Below, one piece after another: positions 39,098-51,225 of a stretch of DNA of 64,000 nucleotides. Position 1 is the stretch's first letter, and the number at the start of each line of letters is the position of its first letter. The notes beneath the pieces were generated by a model, which searched no databases, had not been told where the DNA came from, and saw only the letters and a program-made list of their open reading frames with translations. Location: contig CBDCJO010000002.1 in the NCBI GenBank assembly GCA_965217865.1, forward strand, positions 5,504,001-5,568,000, in the 5' to 3' direction. Source of the stretch: Candidatus Latescibacterota bacterium. Lineage in GTDB: Bacteria > Latescibacterota > UBA2968 > SICM01. A program made the position numbers and the translations under genes.

Positions 39098-39226
39098 ATA
39101 GGAAAAGGCAAACGTGAAACGTCAAACGGCAAACGGAAACCTGCATGGGCAGGTGCGTTTACTGCTTCTTCCACTGCTACTGCTCCTCTGGTGTTTACGC
39201 TTTCCATCTATTTGCCGTTTCATGTA

Positions 39227-42148
39227 TCACGGGCCTTCAACCACATCCATCAACACCTCCACGGGGTGTCTCGCAAGACGACCCGTCCCGTGTAAAATCT
39301 GCTGGCGACACGAGATCCCCGCGGCTGCGATTTCCGCTTCAGGGGCCTCTTTCACGGCCTTGAACAACCGCTCCTCCCCAATGGCAAGGGAGAGCTCGTA
39401 GTGCTCTTTTTCATATCCGAATGATCCCGCCATTCCGCAGCATCCGGAGTCGATTTCCTCGACTTCGAATCCCCGGGGAATCCGAAGCAGTTCCAGTGCG
39501 GGTCCCGTCCCCATAAGTGCCTTCTGGTGACAATGGCCATGCAGGAGAAGTCGCCGTTCCTCCCCCGAAAACCGCAATCCAAGGCCACCTTCCAGATGGC
39601 GGTCTCGCAGGAACTCCTCGATCATCATGGCCTTGCTGGAAACAGTCCGGGCTTCGTCACTCCCAAGGAGATCGACGTAGTCATCCTTCAAGGCAGAAAT
39701 GCACGACGGCTCGCATCCAACGATAAAAATCCCCCGTTCAGCGTAAGGATAAAGGACTTCCACATTCCGACGGGCGACCTGGATCGCCTTTGGGATCATT
39801 CCCTTCGAGATCAACGGGCGGCCGCAGCATGGCCGTTTTGGTATGATCACCGAGAATCCCGCCTTCCGAAGCAGATGATAAGCCGCCATTCCGACTTTCG
39901 GGTAGTTGTAGTTCATGAAAGTGTCCGCGAAAAGGACGACCTCACGGGTGGCGGAAACGGGAGTTCCACTCTTTACCGCTTCTTTTTCCGCCCACGTCAT
40001 AAACGACTCTCGCGCAAACGGCATCAGATTTCGCCGGCCGTCAATACCCAGGTAACGATCCAGGATCCACCGGTGGGATCTCCTCCCCACGATCCAGTTG
40101 GAAAGCGGAGCCAGGGCGGAGCCCAACCGGCTCAGCCGGCCGATATTCCCGAAAGCCCGGGCACGGAGAGGCGTGCCGTGGATCTTGTAATAGCGGGAGA
40201 GGAACTCGTACTTGATCTTGGCCATGTCCACATTGGACGGACATTCGGATTTACACGCCTTGCACTCCAGGCAGAGATCCAGGGCTTCGAAGATCCGTGG
40301 ATCGATAAAGGATATCCGTCCTGAGATCGCTGCCCGCAGGAGGTTCGCCCGGCCACGCGTGGAATGTTCCTCTTCAAGGGTGGCCATAAAAGAAGGACAC
40401 ATCGTCCCCGTGATCTTTTTGCGGCAAACCCCGTTTCCGTTGCACATCTCGACCGCACGATGAAACCCTCGGTCGGCGGAGAAGTCGAAGTAAGTCCTCA
40501 TGTCCTCCGAGCTGTAGGATGGACCGAATCTCAGGTTTTCGGTCATATCCGGGGCATCCACGATCTTGCCTGGATTCATGATCCCCCGGGGATCGAAGGC
40601 CTTCTTAACCTCCCGGAAGGCCTCATATAGCCGACTCCCGAACATCTCTTCGTTCCAGCAGGACCTTGCAAGGCCGTCCCCGTGCTCTCCGCTCATAGCC
40701 CCCCCGTATGCTCTGACGAGGTCCCGGATCTGAACGGCGATGGACCGCATTTTTTTAATATCCCCGGGAGATTTCAGGTCGATCACAGGTCGAATATGGA
40801 GTACGCCCACAGAGGCGTGGGCATAATAAGACGCCGAAACATCGTGAGACTGGACGATCTGGTCGAACCTTTCGACGTATGAGGGGAGGTCCTTCACATC
40901 CACCGCCGAGTCTTCGACAAAGGCCACAGGCTTCCCATCCCCCTTCATTCCCATCAGGAGTCCTACCCCCGCCTTCCGCACCTTCCATACATTTCCCTGC
41001 TCAGTCGGGGTCAATGCCCGCACATAAGCATATCCCATCCCCTTGGCCTTCAGCCGAGATTCCAGCCCCTCAATTTTTTCGACCATCTCCCCTTCCGATA
41101 CCCCGCTGTACTCTACGACAAGGATCACCTCTGGATCTCCATTGAGGAAAGTCCGGACCCTGGCATATTCCACATTGTCCTTGGTCAGGTCTAGAATCAT
41201 TTTGTCGACAAGCTCAACGGCTGACGGACCGGTCTCCAGGATCGTCGCAACAGCTTTCATGGCGTGGATCAAGTTCCGGAAATGTACGATCTCCAGTGCC
41301 TTTTGTTTCGGGGTTGGCACCAGGTTGATCTTGATTTCCGTCGCGGTCACAAGGGTCCCTTCCGAGCCCGTAACGAATTTGGCAAGGTTGAACGGTTGGT
41401 CCTTGACCATTTCGTCCAGATTGTAACCGCCCACGCGACGCAGCACCTTCGGATAAACCCGATTGATCTCCTCCCGATTCGAATCGGCGATCCGCCTCAC
41501 CTCTCGGTAGATCTGACCCTCGAGCCCGTCCCTTTTCGCCTTTTCATCGTATTCGGATTCGGACACCGCATCAAATACGGTTTCCGTTCCGTCAGACAGG
41601 ATCACCTCCAAGGAAACGACGTAATCGATCGTTTTGCCGTAGATCACTGAGCGGGCCCCCGATGAGTTGTTTCCGACCATTCCCCCGATCGTCGCCCGAT
41701 CGCTGGTGGCCACATCCGGGGCAAACATCAGACCAAACGGCTTCAGGTGGGCGTTCAGTTCGTCGAGGACCACACCGGGTTGGACACGTGCGGAACGTTC
41801 TTTGGGATCCACCTCAAGAATGGCGTTCATGTACTTGGACATGTCCATCACCACGGCCTTTCCCACAGTCTGGCCGGCAAGACTCGTCCCTGCGCATCGG
41901 GGAAGAATCGGGACACCGTGACGAAAACAGATTTTCACCGTGGAAAGGACGTCCCCCCTGTGTCGCGGGATAACCACGCCGATCGGCATGATCTGATACA
42001 TGCTGGCATCGGTGCTGTACAGGATGCGCGTCAGCTCATCGAACCGTACTTCCCCCTCCACGACCCGTTTCAACTCTTCGATGAGCAGCGACAATTCAAC
42101 CATATCGTAGCCTTCAAGAGATTCAGGAATTGGAGGTCCGTCCCCCAA
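39227..42148 (-). CDS. FAD-binding, Fe-S/CCG-domain oxidoreductase (GlcD/GlcF-like fusion)
   Basis: YSTDAS, GTSLAGQ, GSEGTL, SGEHGDG, CLECKACKSECP, CCG motifs. Confidence 0.9.
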   Translation of the reverse strand: MGDGPPIPESLEGYDMVELSLLIEELKRVVEGEVRFDELTRILYSTDASMYQIMPIGVVIPRHRGDVLSTVKICFRHGVPILPRCAGTSLAGQTVGKAVVMDMSKYMNAILEVDPKERSARVQPGVVLDELNAHLKPFGLMFAPDVATSDRATIGGMVGNNSSGARSVIYGKTIDYVVSLEVILSDGTETVFDAVSESEYDEKAKRDGLEGQIYREVRRIADSNREEINRVYPKVLRRVGGYNLDEMVKDQPFNLAKFVTGSEGTLVTATEIKINLVPTPKQKALEIVHFRNLIHAMKAVATILETGPSAVELVDKMILDLTKDNVEYARVRTFLNGDPEVILVVEYSGVSEGEMVEKIEGLESRLKAKGMGYAYVRALTPTEQGNVWKVRKAGVGLLMGMKGDGKPVAFVEDSAVDVKDLPSYVERFDQIVQSHDVSASYYAHASVGVLHIRPVIDLKSPGDIKKMRSIAVQIRDLVRAYGGAMSGEHGDGLARSCWNEEMFGSRLYEAFREVKKAFDPRGIMNPGKIVDAPDMTENLRFGPSYSSEDMRTYFDFSADRGFHRAVEMCNGNGVCRKKITGTMCPSFMATLEEEHSTRGRANLLRAAISGRISFIDPRIFEALDLCLECKACKSECPSNVDMAKIKYEFLSRYYKIHGTPLRARAFGNIGRLSRLGSALAPLSNWIVGRRSHRWILDRYLGIDGRRNLMPFARESFMTWAEKEAVKSGTPVSATREVVLFADTFMNYNYPKVGMAAYHLLRKAGFSVIIPKRPCCGRPLISKGMIPKAIQVARRNVEVLYPYAERGIFIVGCEPSCISALKDDYVDLLGSDEARTVSSKAMMIEEFLRDRHLEGGLGLRFSGEERRLLLHGHCHQKALMGTGPALELLRIPRGFEVEEIDSGCCGMAGSFGYEKEHYELSLAIGEERLFKAVKEAPEAEIAAAGISCRQQILHGTGRLARHPVEVLMDVVEGP

Positions 42149-42156
42149 ATCCGTAC

Positions 42157-43410
42157 CTACAACCCGATCGCAGCGTCTATCTCCTGCTGGTAAACATCGA
42201 TCCTCCCGGCCTCAACATCCTTTATCAGGACCGAGGTCCTCGCGACGGAGGATTCCAGTATCGCGTAAACCAGGGCCACCGCCTTCGTGCCCGCGACGCC
42301 GTCCACCTCCGGGGGGCGATCGTTTAAAATCGACTCAGCGAACTCATAAAACTCCAGGGCGATTATCTTCAGATCCGCCTCGTCCCCGGAAAACTCGTAT
42401 TCCGCGGCTTTCCGTCCGAAAAGGGCCGACGTAACCGGGTCGTGGTCGAAATCAGGAATCAAATCCAAGATCTCGCGCCCCACCAGCTTCCTTTTCCCTT
42501 CGTCAAGATAGAGGATCGGAGGACGGCCGTTCCGTTCCCCTGGACATTCAATTCCCCCCTCAGTCCCGTAGACCCACCGCCTGAAAAATCTCATTCCCCT
42601 CGCTGCCTGGTCCAGCCTCCAGTCCACCGAGGCCCCGTTTGCCATTCGGATCGTCGCTGTGCTCAGATCCTCCGCGGTAGCACGAACCGTCTCCTCCATC
42701 TCCTTCAATCTACGTTTGTGAAATTCGTAAAGACGATCCGGAGCCGAGGAACGACGACGCACCTCTCTGACAAGATCCGCACAACCAAACACCGACTCCG
42801 CGTCCCCCAGGTAGTAGCGGATGATATCCGCGAAGTGGACGCCCATATCCAGGATGATCCCCCCCCGCAGCTTTATGTGGCGCCAGGGGGCAATAATGAT
42901 CAAGTCCGATCCCCCGACCGATTGGTGGATCATCCCATAAGGCCTCCCGATCAGCCCGTTATCCAAGATCCTCCTGATCAACCGGTTGACCGGGTCGCGG
43001 AGGTAGTTCTCGTTCACGGAGAGTTTGCATGCGTTCTTTTCAGCGGCATCGACCATGATTCGGCATGCCTTCACGGTCAGGCCCAGGGGCTTCTCGACCA
43101 TTACGTGGAGTCCGCGATCCATGGCCGCACAGGCGATGCGGTGGTGAAGACTGGGCTCGGTTACAATATCCACGGCTTGCAGGCCCTTGGACTCGTCCAT
43201 CATCTCTTCGAAATCCCCGAAGACCGCCGGGCGGCGGTCGAACAGCCGCTCGCACGTCAGTGCCGCCATCTCCGCATAGTCCAGCCGCAGATCGCATACC
43301 GATGCGATATCCACATTGGCAAGACCGGCCCGCTCGAGCTCCCGCAACCCGTAAAGGTGCCGGGTTCCCATGCCTCCGCAGCCGATCAGCCCTATCTGGA
43401 TTCGATCCAC
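42157..43410 (-). CDS. Gfo/Idh/MocA family oxidoreductase
   Basis: IGCGGMG, VEKP, GGIILDMGVH. Confidence 0.88.
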   Translation of the reverse strand: MDRIQIGLIGCGGMGTRHLYGLRELERAGLANVDIASVCDLRLDYAEMAALTCERLFDRRPAVFGDFEEMMDESKGLQAVDIVTEPSLHHRIACAAMDRGLHVMVEKPLGLTVKACRIMVDAAEKNACKLSVNENYLRDPVNRLIRRILDNGLIGRPYGMIHQSVGGSDLIIIAPWRHIKLRGGIILDMGVHFADIIRYYLGDAESVFGCADLVREVRRRSSAPDRLYEFHKRRLKEMEETVRATAEDLSTATIRMANGASVDWRLDQAARGMRFFRRWVYGTEGGIECPGERNGRPPILYLDEGKRKLVGREILDLIPDFDHDPVTSALFGRKAAEYEFSGDEADLKIIALEFYEFAESILNDRPPEVDGVAGTKAVALVYAILESSVARTSVLIKDVEAGRIDVYQQEIDAAIGL

Positions 43411-43595
43411 AGGAACTCCATAAGGGTGTCAAACGTGAAAACACTAACGAAACCATGAATCCTACTTCGAGAATCGTGTGGGGGTATGGAAGAGAGAATG
43501 TCCTTCCTTAGGTCCATACTTCCACCCGCTGACACCGAACTCCGGAACTGGGATTTTCTCGTTTCCCGCCTGCCGGCTCAAGTTTGCAGGCTTTT

Positions 43596-44468
43596 TTACT
43601 GGAAAGCGATGATCCGGCTGTAGACCTTTGTCGCAAATTTTCGGATCGTCGGACTTCGGTCCGACATGGCAAGTTTCAGGTATTCCAATCCCGCTTGTTC
43701 TCTGACCATTCCGAGGGACCCCACGATTTCCAGCTTCACGGCGGTGGACTTCTCCTCGGCAAAAGCCGCACCCAGGATATTCGCGACCCGCCGTTCCAGC
43801 ATTCCGATCTTGCCTAGGGAATCGGCCGCCATTCTCCGGACAGACTCATTCCGATCCCGAAGGGCCTCCGAAAGGGGCGGGATTGCGAACCGGGTCCCGA
43901 TCCGCTTCAGCATATCCACGGCCTCCAGCCGCACCGATACGCTGCGGTCCTTTCGAATAGCCTCCCCGAGGTAAGCGGAGGCAAAGGCCGTTCCGGCATT
44001 GCGATAGGCCTGTACGGTCCGTTTGCGAACGCTGTCGTCGGGATCGACCAGGGGGATATTCAAGACCTGAAGCACAATTCGGCTGTCCGGAAGGCTCCCG
44101 ATCTGACCGAGTGCCTTGACCGCTTCGATTCGGACGGCCTTGTCCTTCTCCTTCTCGACGTCCACAACGTCCCTAAGAATCATCACGCTGACCTGCCCGC
44201 CGATGTTCGCCAACCCTTTGATCGCCTGGATTCTTATAGACGGCTCTTTCTGTCGAATCTGTTCCTGAAGTTTCAGGATGACCTGCTGGTCCCTGGGAAC
44301 CGGCCCCATGGACAACCCCCGGGTCAGTTTCCGTTCTGCATCGAAATCCTGTTGTCCAAATGCCATCCCGCTCGTCAACAGGATATTGACGGCAATCGTT
44401 GCGCAACAAATTGCCAAGCAACCCGTTAATGATCTTTTTCCGATCATACTACAATCCTCAATCCGCAA
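43596..44468 (-). CDS. Exported HEAT-repeat protein
   Basis: Signal-like N-terminus and repeated VR..A..ALG.IG units. Confidence 0.8.
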   Translation of the reverse strand: MRIEDCSMIGKRSLTGCLAICCATIAVNILLTSGMAFGQQDFDAERKLTRGLSMGPVPRDQQVILKLQEQIRQKEPSIRIQAIKGLANIGGQVSVMILRDVVDVEKEKDKAVRIEAVKALGQIGSLPDSRIVLQVLNIPLVDPDDSVRKRTVQAYRNAGTAFASAYLGEAIRKDRSVSVRLEAVDMLKRIGTRFAIPPLSEALRDRNESVRRMAADSLGKIGMLERRVANILGAAFAEEKSTAVKLEIVGSLGMVREQAGLEYLKLAMSDRSPTIRKFATKVYSRIIAFQ

Positions 44469-44471
44469 TCC

Positions 44472-46301
44472 TCAATTTGAATGCCCCGCAGCAGCAGCAG
44501 CTGGGACCTCCTGACCTTTGTACTGTAGCTCATACAGACGGTGGTAGATTCCGCGGGCAGATATCAGCTCTTCGTGAGATCCCACTTCCGCCACCCGGCC
44601 GCGGTGTAGAACGACGATCCGGTCGGCATTGCGGATCGTCGAGAGCCGATGTGCGATGACCAGCGATGTGCGCCCCTTCATCAGCCGGGCGACCGCCTCC
44701 TGGATTAATGCTTCGGTTTCAGAGTCGATGTTCGAGGTGGCCTCATCCAGCACAAGAATGTCCGGATCGAACGCGATTACTCGTGAGAGCGACAGGAGCT
44801 GTCGCTGGCCCGTGGACAGGGAATTCCCCCGTTCGCCCACCTCTTCATCGTATCCGTCCGGGAGCTTCTCGATAAAGCCGGAGGGCGTTCACCTCTTCGG
44901 CGGCCTGTTTAATTCGTTCATTCCCGATCCCCTTCTCGCCCAGCCGGATGTTCGACGAAACCTTCCCTGAAAACAGGAAGACATCCTGATGCACGACCCC
45001 GATTCGAGTGCGCAGGGCCTTTGCATCCCACGTCTTCACGTCATGCCCATCGACCCGGACTTCCCCCAACTGCACCTCATAGAATCGGCACAGGAGATTG
45101 ATGAGTGTTGATTTCCCTGCACCCGTGGCCCCAACGATCGCCACGCTCTCCCCCGGCTCGACACGGAATGAAACCCCTTTCAATACGTAACCGTCATTTT
45201 CGTAGGCGAACCAGACATCATCAAACGATATACTTCCTTTGACGCGTTCCGCCTTGACCTCCCCCTCCTGCCGCTCCGGCGGTGTGTCCAGGAGTTCGAA
45301 GATTCGTTCGGACGAGGCCATCGCTGACTGGAGGACATTATATTTTTCGCTCAACTCTCGAATCGGCCAGAAGAATCGCTGGATGTACTGGATGAACGCA
45401 AACAGGACACCCACGGATACCTTCGACTGCACAGCCATCCCCCCACCATACCAGATGACCAAAGCAATGGCCCCGGAGGAAATCACTTCAATCCCGGGGA
45501 AAAAGATCGAGGAGGTCGTGACCGCTTCCATACGCGTCTTAAAATACGCCCGATTGATCCCATCGAACAATCTCCAGTTGCGCAGCTCGCGAGTGAAAAG
45601 CTGCACAACCTCCATCCCGGTGATGTTTTCCTGGAGGAAGGCGTTCATCCTGGCGAATTTTGTCCGGCTCGCCCTGTAGGAGATCCGTACCCGCCGCCGA
45701 AACCAGATGGTCAGGGCGAGGAGTGCCGGGAGGATCGAAAGGGTCACGATAGCAAGACCTGCGTGAAGGTGGAACATCAATCCCACGATCAGGGTGAGTG
45801 TAAGCAGGTCTCCTAAAACGGTCACAACCCCAGATGTGAACATCTCTTCCAGAGTCTGAACATCATTTGTGGCGCGCGTCATCAGTCGTCCGACCGGATT
45901 CCGGTCGAAGTAAGAGATCGGCAACCTCTGGAGGTGCCCGAACACCTGTTTTCGGATGTCGTACGTCACCCTCTGGCCCATCATCTGTGTCGTGTATCGC
46001 TGGGCATAGTCTGTCACGAATTGCACGACCAGGAGGAAAATGAAAGCCATCGCAATGCGGTCGAGCCCGTCCAGGTCACGCGGGACGATATAATTGTCCA
46101 CCGCGATTTTGGTCAGGTAAGGCCCCGCCTGTCTGGCCAGCTGCGTTAGGCCGATCAATACTGCCGCGAAAGCCAGATGCCGCTTGTAAGGTGCGAGGTA
46201 AGCCAGGAGACGCCTGGTCAGGGTGCTGTCGTACGACTATGGATCGGCTCTTCGTCTTGCCAGTCTCCGCCTGTTCGTTCCCCCGTACCGATATTTCTCA
46301 T
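44472..46301 (-). CDS. ABC exporter, fused TMD-NBD (frameshifted)
   Basis: [28 protein letters not shown] split across ORFs 44845-46158 and 44472-44840. Confidence 0.85.
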
Positions 46302-48187
46302 CCCATTCTCTCCAGATTCGATATCAACGCCTGCCGATGGGCCATGTCCGCATAAATCCCGCCCGCAGCGACCAGTTCCTCGTGTGTGCCCTGGGCCGAC
46401 GATCCGCCCCTCATCCATCACCACGATCAGGTCCGCATCCTTAATCGTCAGGATCCGATGTGCGACGACCAGGCAAGTCCGACCCTTCATCTCTTCCCTG
46501 AGACCGGCCAGGATATCCTCCGCGGTGTGGGTGTGGGTATCCACGCTCGACAGGGCGTCATCAAGGATCAAAATAGAAGGATCACGGATGATCGCACGGG
46601 CAAGGGCAGTTCTCTGGCGCTGCCCCCCCGATAGGGTGACCCCTCGTTCTCCCACCAGCGTCCCGAACCTGTTCGGAAATTCTGATATATCCTTCGAGAG
46701 CTGGGCGACATCGGCAGACCTTCGCAAGGGCCGGTCTTCATCCTGAGTGGGGTGCGGAGGTGGACCCGATGGATCATCAACCTCTTTCCTGGAAAAATCC
46801 TCCGGGAACCCGAAAGTAACATTCTTTCGAAGGTTATCTGAGAAGAGAAAGGTGTCCTGTGTGGGACGAAACCGATATGGTTCCGGAGAATCCTCAGCGG
46901 GATCCGTTCGATATCTACCCCGTCGATCAGGACCTGCCCCGGTCCCCCCTTGATCATACGGGGGATCAACCTTGCAAACGTGGTCTTTCCGCAGCCAACC
47001 CTCCCCACAAGGCCCACGAAAGCCCCGGCGGGGATCCTCAGATCGATGTCCCGCAGGACCGGCCGCCCATTGTAGGCGAAGTTTAGCCCCCGAAACTCGA
47101 TCTCTCCGCGAATATTCCGGATCTTCCAGTCGACCTTCAGGTCTTGAATCTCCGGCTCTATCGCCAGGATTTCGTTTATCCGCTTCATAGAAGCGGTCCC
47201 CCTCTGATAGAGATCCATCACCCAGCCAACCGCGATCATCGGAAAGATCAGCAGCAGCAGGAAACCGTTAAAGGCGACGAACTGACCCAGTGTAAGCTCA
47301 TCTTGTATCACCATCCTTCCTCCGATCCAGAGGATCGTGGCGACGCAAGTCCCCCCCAGAATGAACATCAGGGGAAAAAATATACTCCTGAGAATCACCA
47401 GGGCCCGGTTCTTTTCCAGGAAAGCCTTATTCAGAAGGGCATAGGCCGATATTTCATTCTCCTCCTGCGCATAGGCCTTTACCACGCGCATCCCGGAGAG
47501 GTTTTCCTGCACTCTTGCACTGATCAGGGAGAAATGATCCTGAATGTCACGGAATTAGATGTGCACCCGCGACGAGAGACGATTGACAACCACCGAAAAA
47601 ACCGGTAGCGGCAGGAGGGCGTAGATTGTCAGTGGGACGTTAATCGTCAGCATCACCCCCAGACTTGCGGTGAACAGGATGGCCGCCTCCAGCGAAAACC
47701 GCAACCCCATACCCAGAAACATCCGGACTGCCTCCAGGTCGTTCGTTGCACGGGCCATAAGATCACCCGTGGGTGTCTTTTGAAATGTCGATAGGGACAA
47801 TTTCAGAAGATGTGCGAAGAAATCGTTCCGGATATCGTATTCCACGTAACGGGCCATTCCGTTCAACACTTTTCGCATTCCGAACCGGAAAACACCCCCG
47901 ATTATCGCCAGGGACAAAAACAAGATCGCAAAAAACGGGATGTCATTCAGATCGGTCCCCCAAAACCTCTCAACTCCGCCGCGGATACCGAGCACCAGGT
48001 TGGTGACGTGACCCGGCATCATCTCCTCATCGGTGATGACATCCACGGCTCGCTCGAGGACAAGCGGTCCCAGAATCGTCAGGCCCTGGGCCGTAAGGGC
48101 ACAAACACATCCCAGTGCGATGTAGAGACGGTACGGGCGAAGATAGCGACCGAACAGGGTCACTGGCGTCAATGAAAGATCAGACAT
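46298..48187 (-). CDS. ABC exporter, fused TMD-NBD (several frameshifts), partner of the downstream gene
   Basis: [37 protein letters not shown] across three ORFs; TGA/ATG overlap with the next gene. Confidence 0.8.
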
Positions 48188-48348
48188 TTAGATGATGAAT
48201 GAAAGATGGGTAAGGCATTCGCAGGGAACGAATCACACGGGACTTTCGGGTATAAACAGAGGGGGGCGATCGAGGGTGCCGTGGCGTCAAAATTTTAATA
48301 CGGGCTCGGAAACACGGTTGTGTCCTTTTAGGATTGAGTTAATTCCCT

Positions 48349-49674
48349 TTAATTTGGGCTCGAGGTGGTGTCGTCCGGAAGTCCAAAGTGCTCGATCGGG
48401 TTGTCATAGAGCAATCTTCGGGCGATCCAGATGGCCTGATCCTCAGTGAAGTAGGATTGCTCCACCTTTTCGGAAAGACACTCCGCTAGAGCGCGGGTGT
48501 AGACAGCGACCTTGGCCACGGTCCACTCGCAATAGTAAGAATCGGAAAAAAATCCGTTCAATTTCACGACCGGGATCATCTCCAACCTCTCCCGGATCGC
48601 CTCCCGAATGGCCCCCGGGTAGAAAGTGAACCACCATTGACCCGATATCACGCAGTTTGGGAACAACTTCCCCATGCCCGCCAGTTCGTGCATCTGAACC
48701 CTATTCAAGATGCAAAGATCGAATGTGACATCGGGATATCGGTTCAACAGGTCTCTCAGAGTTTTCAGCATTCCCGGGTTAACGGAGAAGAGGTCCCCCC
48801 CGTTGGGTGCGGGATTCAGGTAGACCGCACGATCAACGCCCAACATGACCTGAAATACGAGCTCATTATCCTGGCAAAATTCCGTATAAGTATAGAAGAG
48901 GTGTGCCTGGAGACGCTTGAACTCTTCGTCGGAGAGACGCGTTCCAGAGAGTACCCTGTCGAAAATCCGATCCGCATCCCCTTCGTCTACAGGAAATGCC
49001 GGGAACTCGGGCGTCAGGGAGATTGCCGAGGAGCGTGCCCCGTAGTCATTCCGGAATCGATGGTAGATGCTTCCCACGGCACTCTTGAAATCGGAAAGAC
49101 TACCGACGTTCATCCCGGCCGCCTTTTCTACCGATTGGACGGTCTCCAACCGGTCGCACGCCAGAACGAGGGGATCGATCCGCAATGCGGGGGCGAACAT
49201 CGACCGATCATATCCGGAAAGATCTTCGTCGTAGCTGTTCGTTAACATGGTACGCTTCACACCAAGGGTTTCCTCAATGACCTGTTTGTGCCAAACTGGA
49301 CCTGAACAACGTTCTTTAGAACTCTCGAAGACATCCTCCCACGTCGCTTCCCCGAACGCCCCCTTCAGTCCGAAGAGGGTCCGGCATATCTCCTCAAAAC
49401 CCCACCAGGTGGCCGTATTGGAGATGCGAGAGAGGTAAGGCAGTGCTTCTCGGATCCGGTCCCTACCGGTCTTCGCACCCAGGAGGGTCTGGTGAGGCAT
49501 ACCTGCACTCAGGAGTTCCGACATGATGTAGTGGTAACCGAAGATGTCGGAGATGTCATCCGCCGCCGGGTGATCCCATCGAAGGTGGGTGTGGCAGTCG
49601 ATGATCGGTATCCGCCTCACCTCGGCTAGGAGGCGTTCCAAAAGGTCCTTTGACTGCATAGCCTTAACCGTCAC
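48349..49674 (-). CDS. uxaC: Glucuronate isomerase (amidohydrolase fold)
   Basis: IIDCHTHL, YHY..SEL.SAG, GQWWF, FFSDSY..EW, LLYDNP. Confidence 0.75.
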   Translation of the reverse strand: MTVKAMQSKDLLERLLAEVRRIPIIDCHTHLRWDHPAADDISDIFGYHYIMSELLSAGMPHQTLLGAKTGRDRIREALPYLSRISNTATWWGFEEICRTLFGLKGAFGEATWEDVFESSKERCSGPVWHKQVIEETLGVKRTMLTNSYDEDLSGYDRSMFAPALRIDPLVLACDRLETVQSVEKAAGMNVGSLSDFKSAVGSIYHRFRNDYGARSSAISLTPEFPAFPVDEGDADRIFDRVLSGTRLSDEEFKRLQAHLFYTYTEFCQDNELVFQVMLGVDRAVYLNPAPNGGDLFSVNPGMLKTLRDLLNRYPDVTFDLCILNRVQMHELAGMGKLFPNCVISGQWWFTFYPGAIREAIRERLEMIPVVKLNGFFSDSYYCEWTVAKVAVYTRALAECLSEKVEQSYFTEDQAIWIARRLLYDNPIEHFGLPDDTTSSPN

Positions 49675-49683
49675 AGTGAAACA

Positions 49684-51066
49684 TCAAACGTCAAGCAAAT
49701 AAAGATCCCTTTCGCTTTTCTTATTTGACGTTTCAAGGCTTAATCCCTGGATCTGCAGGAGCTCCTGGCCAACCACCCGGCCTTCCAGATCATAATCACC
49801 TGCTTCAGTCACTTCCACTTCCACAAAATCCCCTACCTCTCCCGGTCCCTTCACCATAACCTGTCCATCGATCTCGGGGGCATCCATTCTGGTACGCCCT
49901 GTGAAATCGAATCCTGGGTCTTCGGATTCGGAATCGATAAGCACGTTGAAACGGCGGCCCACGAGACCCCCGTTGAAATCCATCGAGACCTCCCGCTGGA
50001 TATCCATCAGCTGCTCTAGCCGGCTGTGCTTGGCCTCCTCCGACACGGTGTCGATCATCAAACCGGCAGGGGTACCGTCCTCGGAGGAGTATTGAAATAC
50101 CCCGAGTCTCTCGAACCGGGTCTCCCGTATGAAATCGGAAAGGGAATCGAAATCAGTTTCGGTTTCACCCGGAAAACCCACGATAACAGATGTTCTCAAG
50201 ACAAGATGAGGTATCCGGTCTCGAAGGCGATTCACAAGGCTTCGGATCGATCGTTCCGTTGTTCCTCTTCGCATGGCCTTCAAGACTGGATCGGAGATAT
50301 GCTGAATCGGCATGTCCACGTACCCACAGAGTCGCTCCTCGTTCGCAAGGAGGTCGATCAACTCCTCACGCCACCCGGACGGATAGGTATAGTGAAGCCT
50401 GAGCCATGCCAGCCTCTTGATCTCCAGAAGGGCTTCGATAAGATCAACCAGCCGGGGGCGGCCATAGATGTCGGCTCCATAGCGCATCGTATCCTGGGAG
50501 ACAAGGGCAAGCTCCTTGACCCCTGAATCCACGAGACGTTCCGCTTCGCTTACGAGATCCTCGATGGTCATGCTCCGGTTCCGGCCTTTGATCCCCGGTA
50601 TGGCGCAGAACGTACATGTGCGGTCACACCCGTCGGAGATCCGGAGGTAAGCCCAGTGTCCCGGTGTGGTCAGCTTCCGTCCGCCGTCCCGATAGGTCGG
50701 ACGATCCCCCTTTTCCAACAGATCATCACAGTGCATGACGATGTCCCGCTCATCCGCCAAGCCCAGGATGCGATCCGCCTCAGTTAATTCATCACTCAAC
50801 TCTTTTTTGTATCGTTCTGCAAGACAACCTGTTACGATTAACCCCCTGCACCGTCCGTCCCGTTTCTGCCCCGCGGCTTCGATGATTGTATCGATAGATT
50901 CCCGTTTGGCGGGTTCAATAAATCCGCAGGTGTTGATGATGATGATATCCGCCTCGGGTGCGTGGCTCGTCAGTTCGTACCCGTTGATCTCCAGCAGATG
51001 AAGCATTCGTTCGGAGTCCACGTCATTTTTAGGACACCCGAGGGTGGTGATGTTGACCTTTTCCAT
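49684..51066 (-). CDS. rimO: Ribosomal protein S12 methylthiotransferase
   Basis: LGCPKNDVDSE, NTCGFI..AK.ESI, CDRTCTFC, DAPEIDG TRAM domain. Confidence 0.95.
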   Translation of the reverse strand: MEKVNITTLGCPKNDVDSERMLHLLEINGYELTSHAPEADIIIINTCGFIEPAKRESIDTIIEAAGQKRDGRCRGLIVTGCLAERYKKELSDELTEADRILGLADERDIVMHCDDLLEKGDRPTYRDGGRKLTTPGHWAYLRISDGCDRTCTFCAIPGIKGRNRSMTIEDLVSEAERLVDSGVKELALVSQDTMRYGADIYGRPRLVDLIEALLEIKRLAWLRLHYTYPSGWREELIDLLANEERLCGYVDMPIQHISDPVLKAMRRGTTERSIRSLVNRLRDRIPHLVLRTSVIVGFPGETETDFDSLSDFIRETRFERLGVFQYSSEDGTPAGLMIDTVSEEAKHSRLEQLMDIQREVSMDFNGGLVGRRFNVLIDSESEDPGFDFTGRTRMDAPEIDGQVMVKGPGEVGDFVEVEVTEAGDYDLEGRVVGQELLQIQGLSLETSNKKSERDLYLLDV

Positions 51067-51225
51067 AACGAGAGCTTCCAGACTTTTGACTTTTGACTTT
51101 TGACTTTTTGAATCTATGCCATAACGTTGACGGAGTCAAGCGCCTTAAAGAGAAACCGGTTAAAATCGCTTGCTTTTCGCCCCTTATGTGAGTAAATTTG
51201 AATTTCAACTTACAGGAGACCATTC

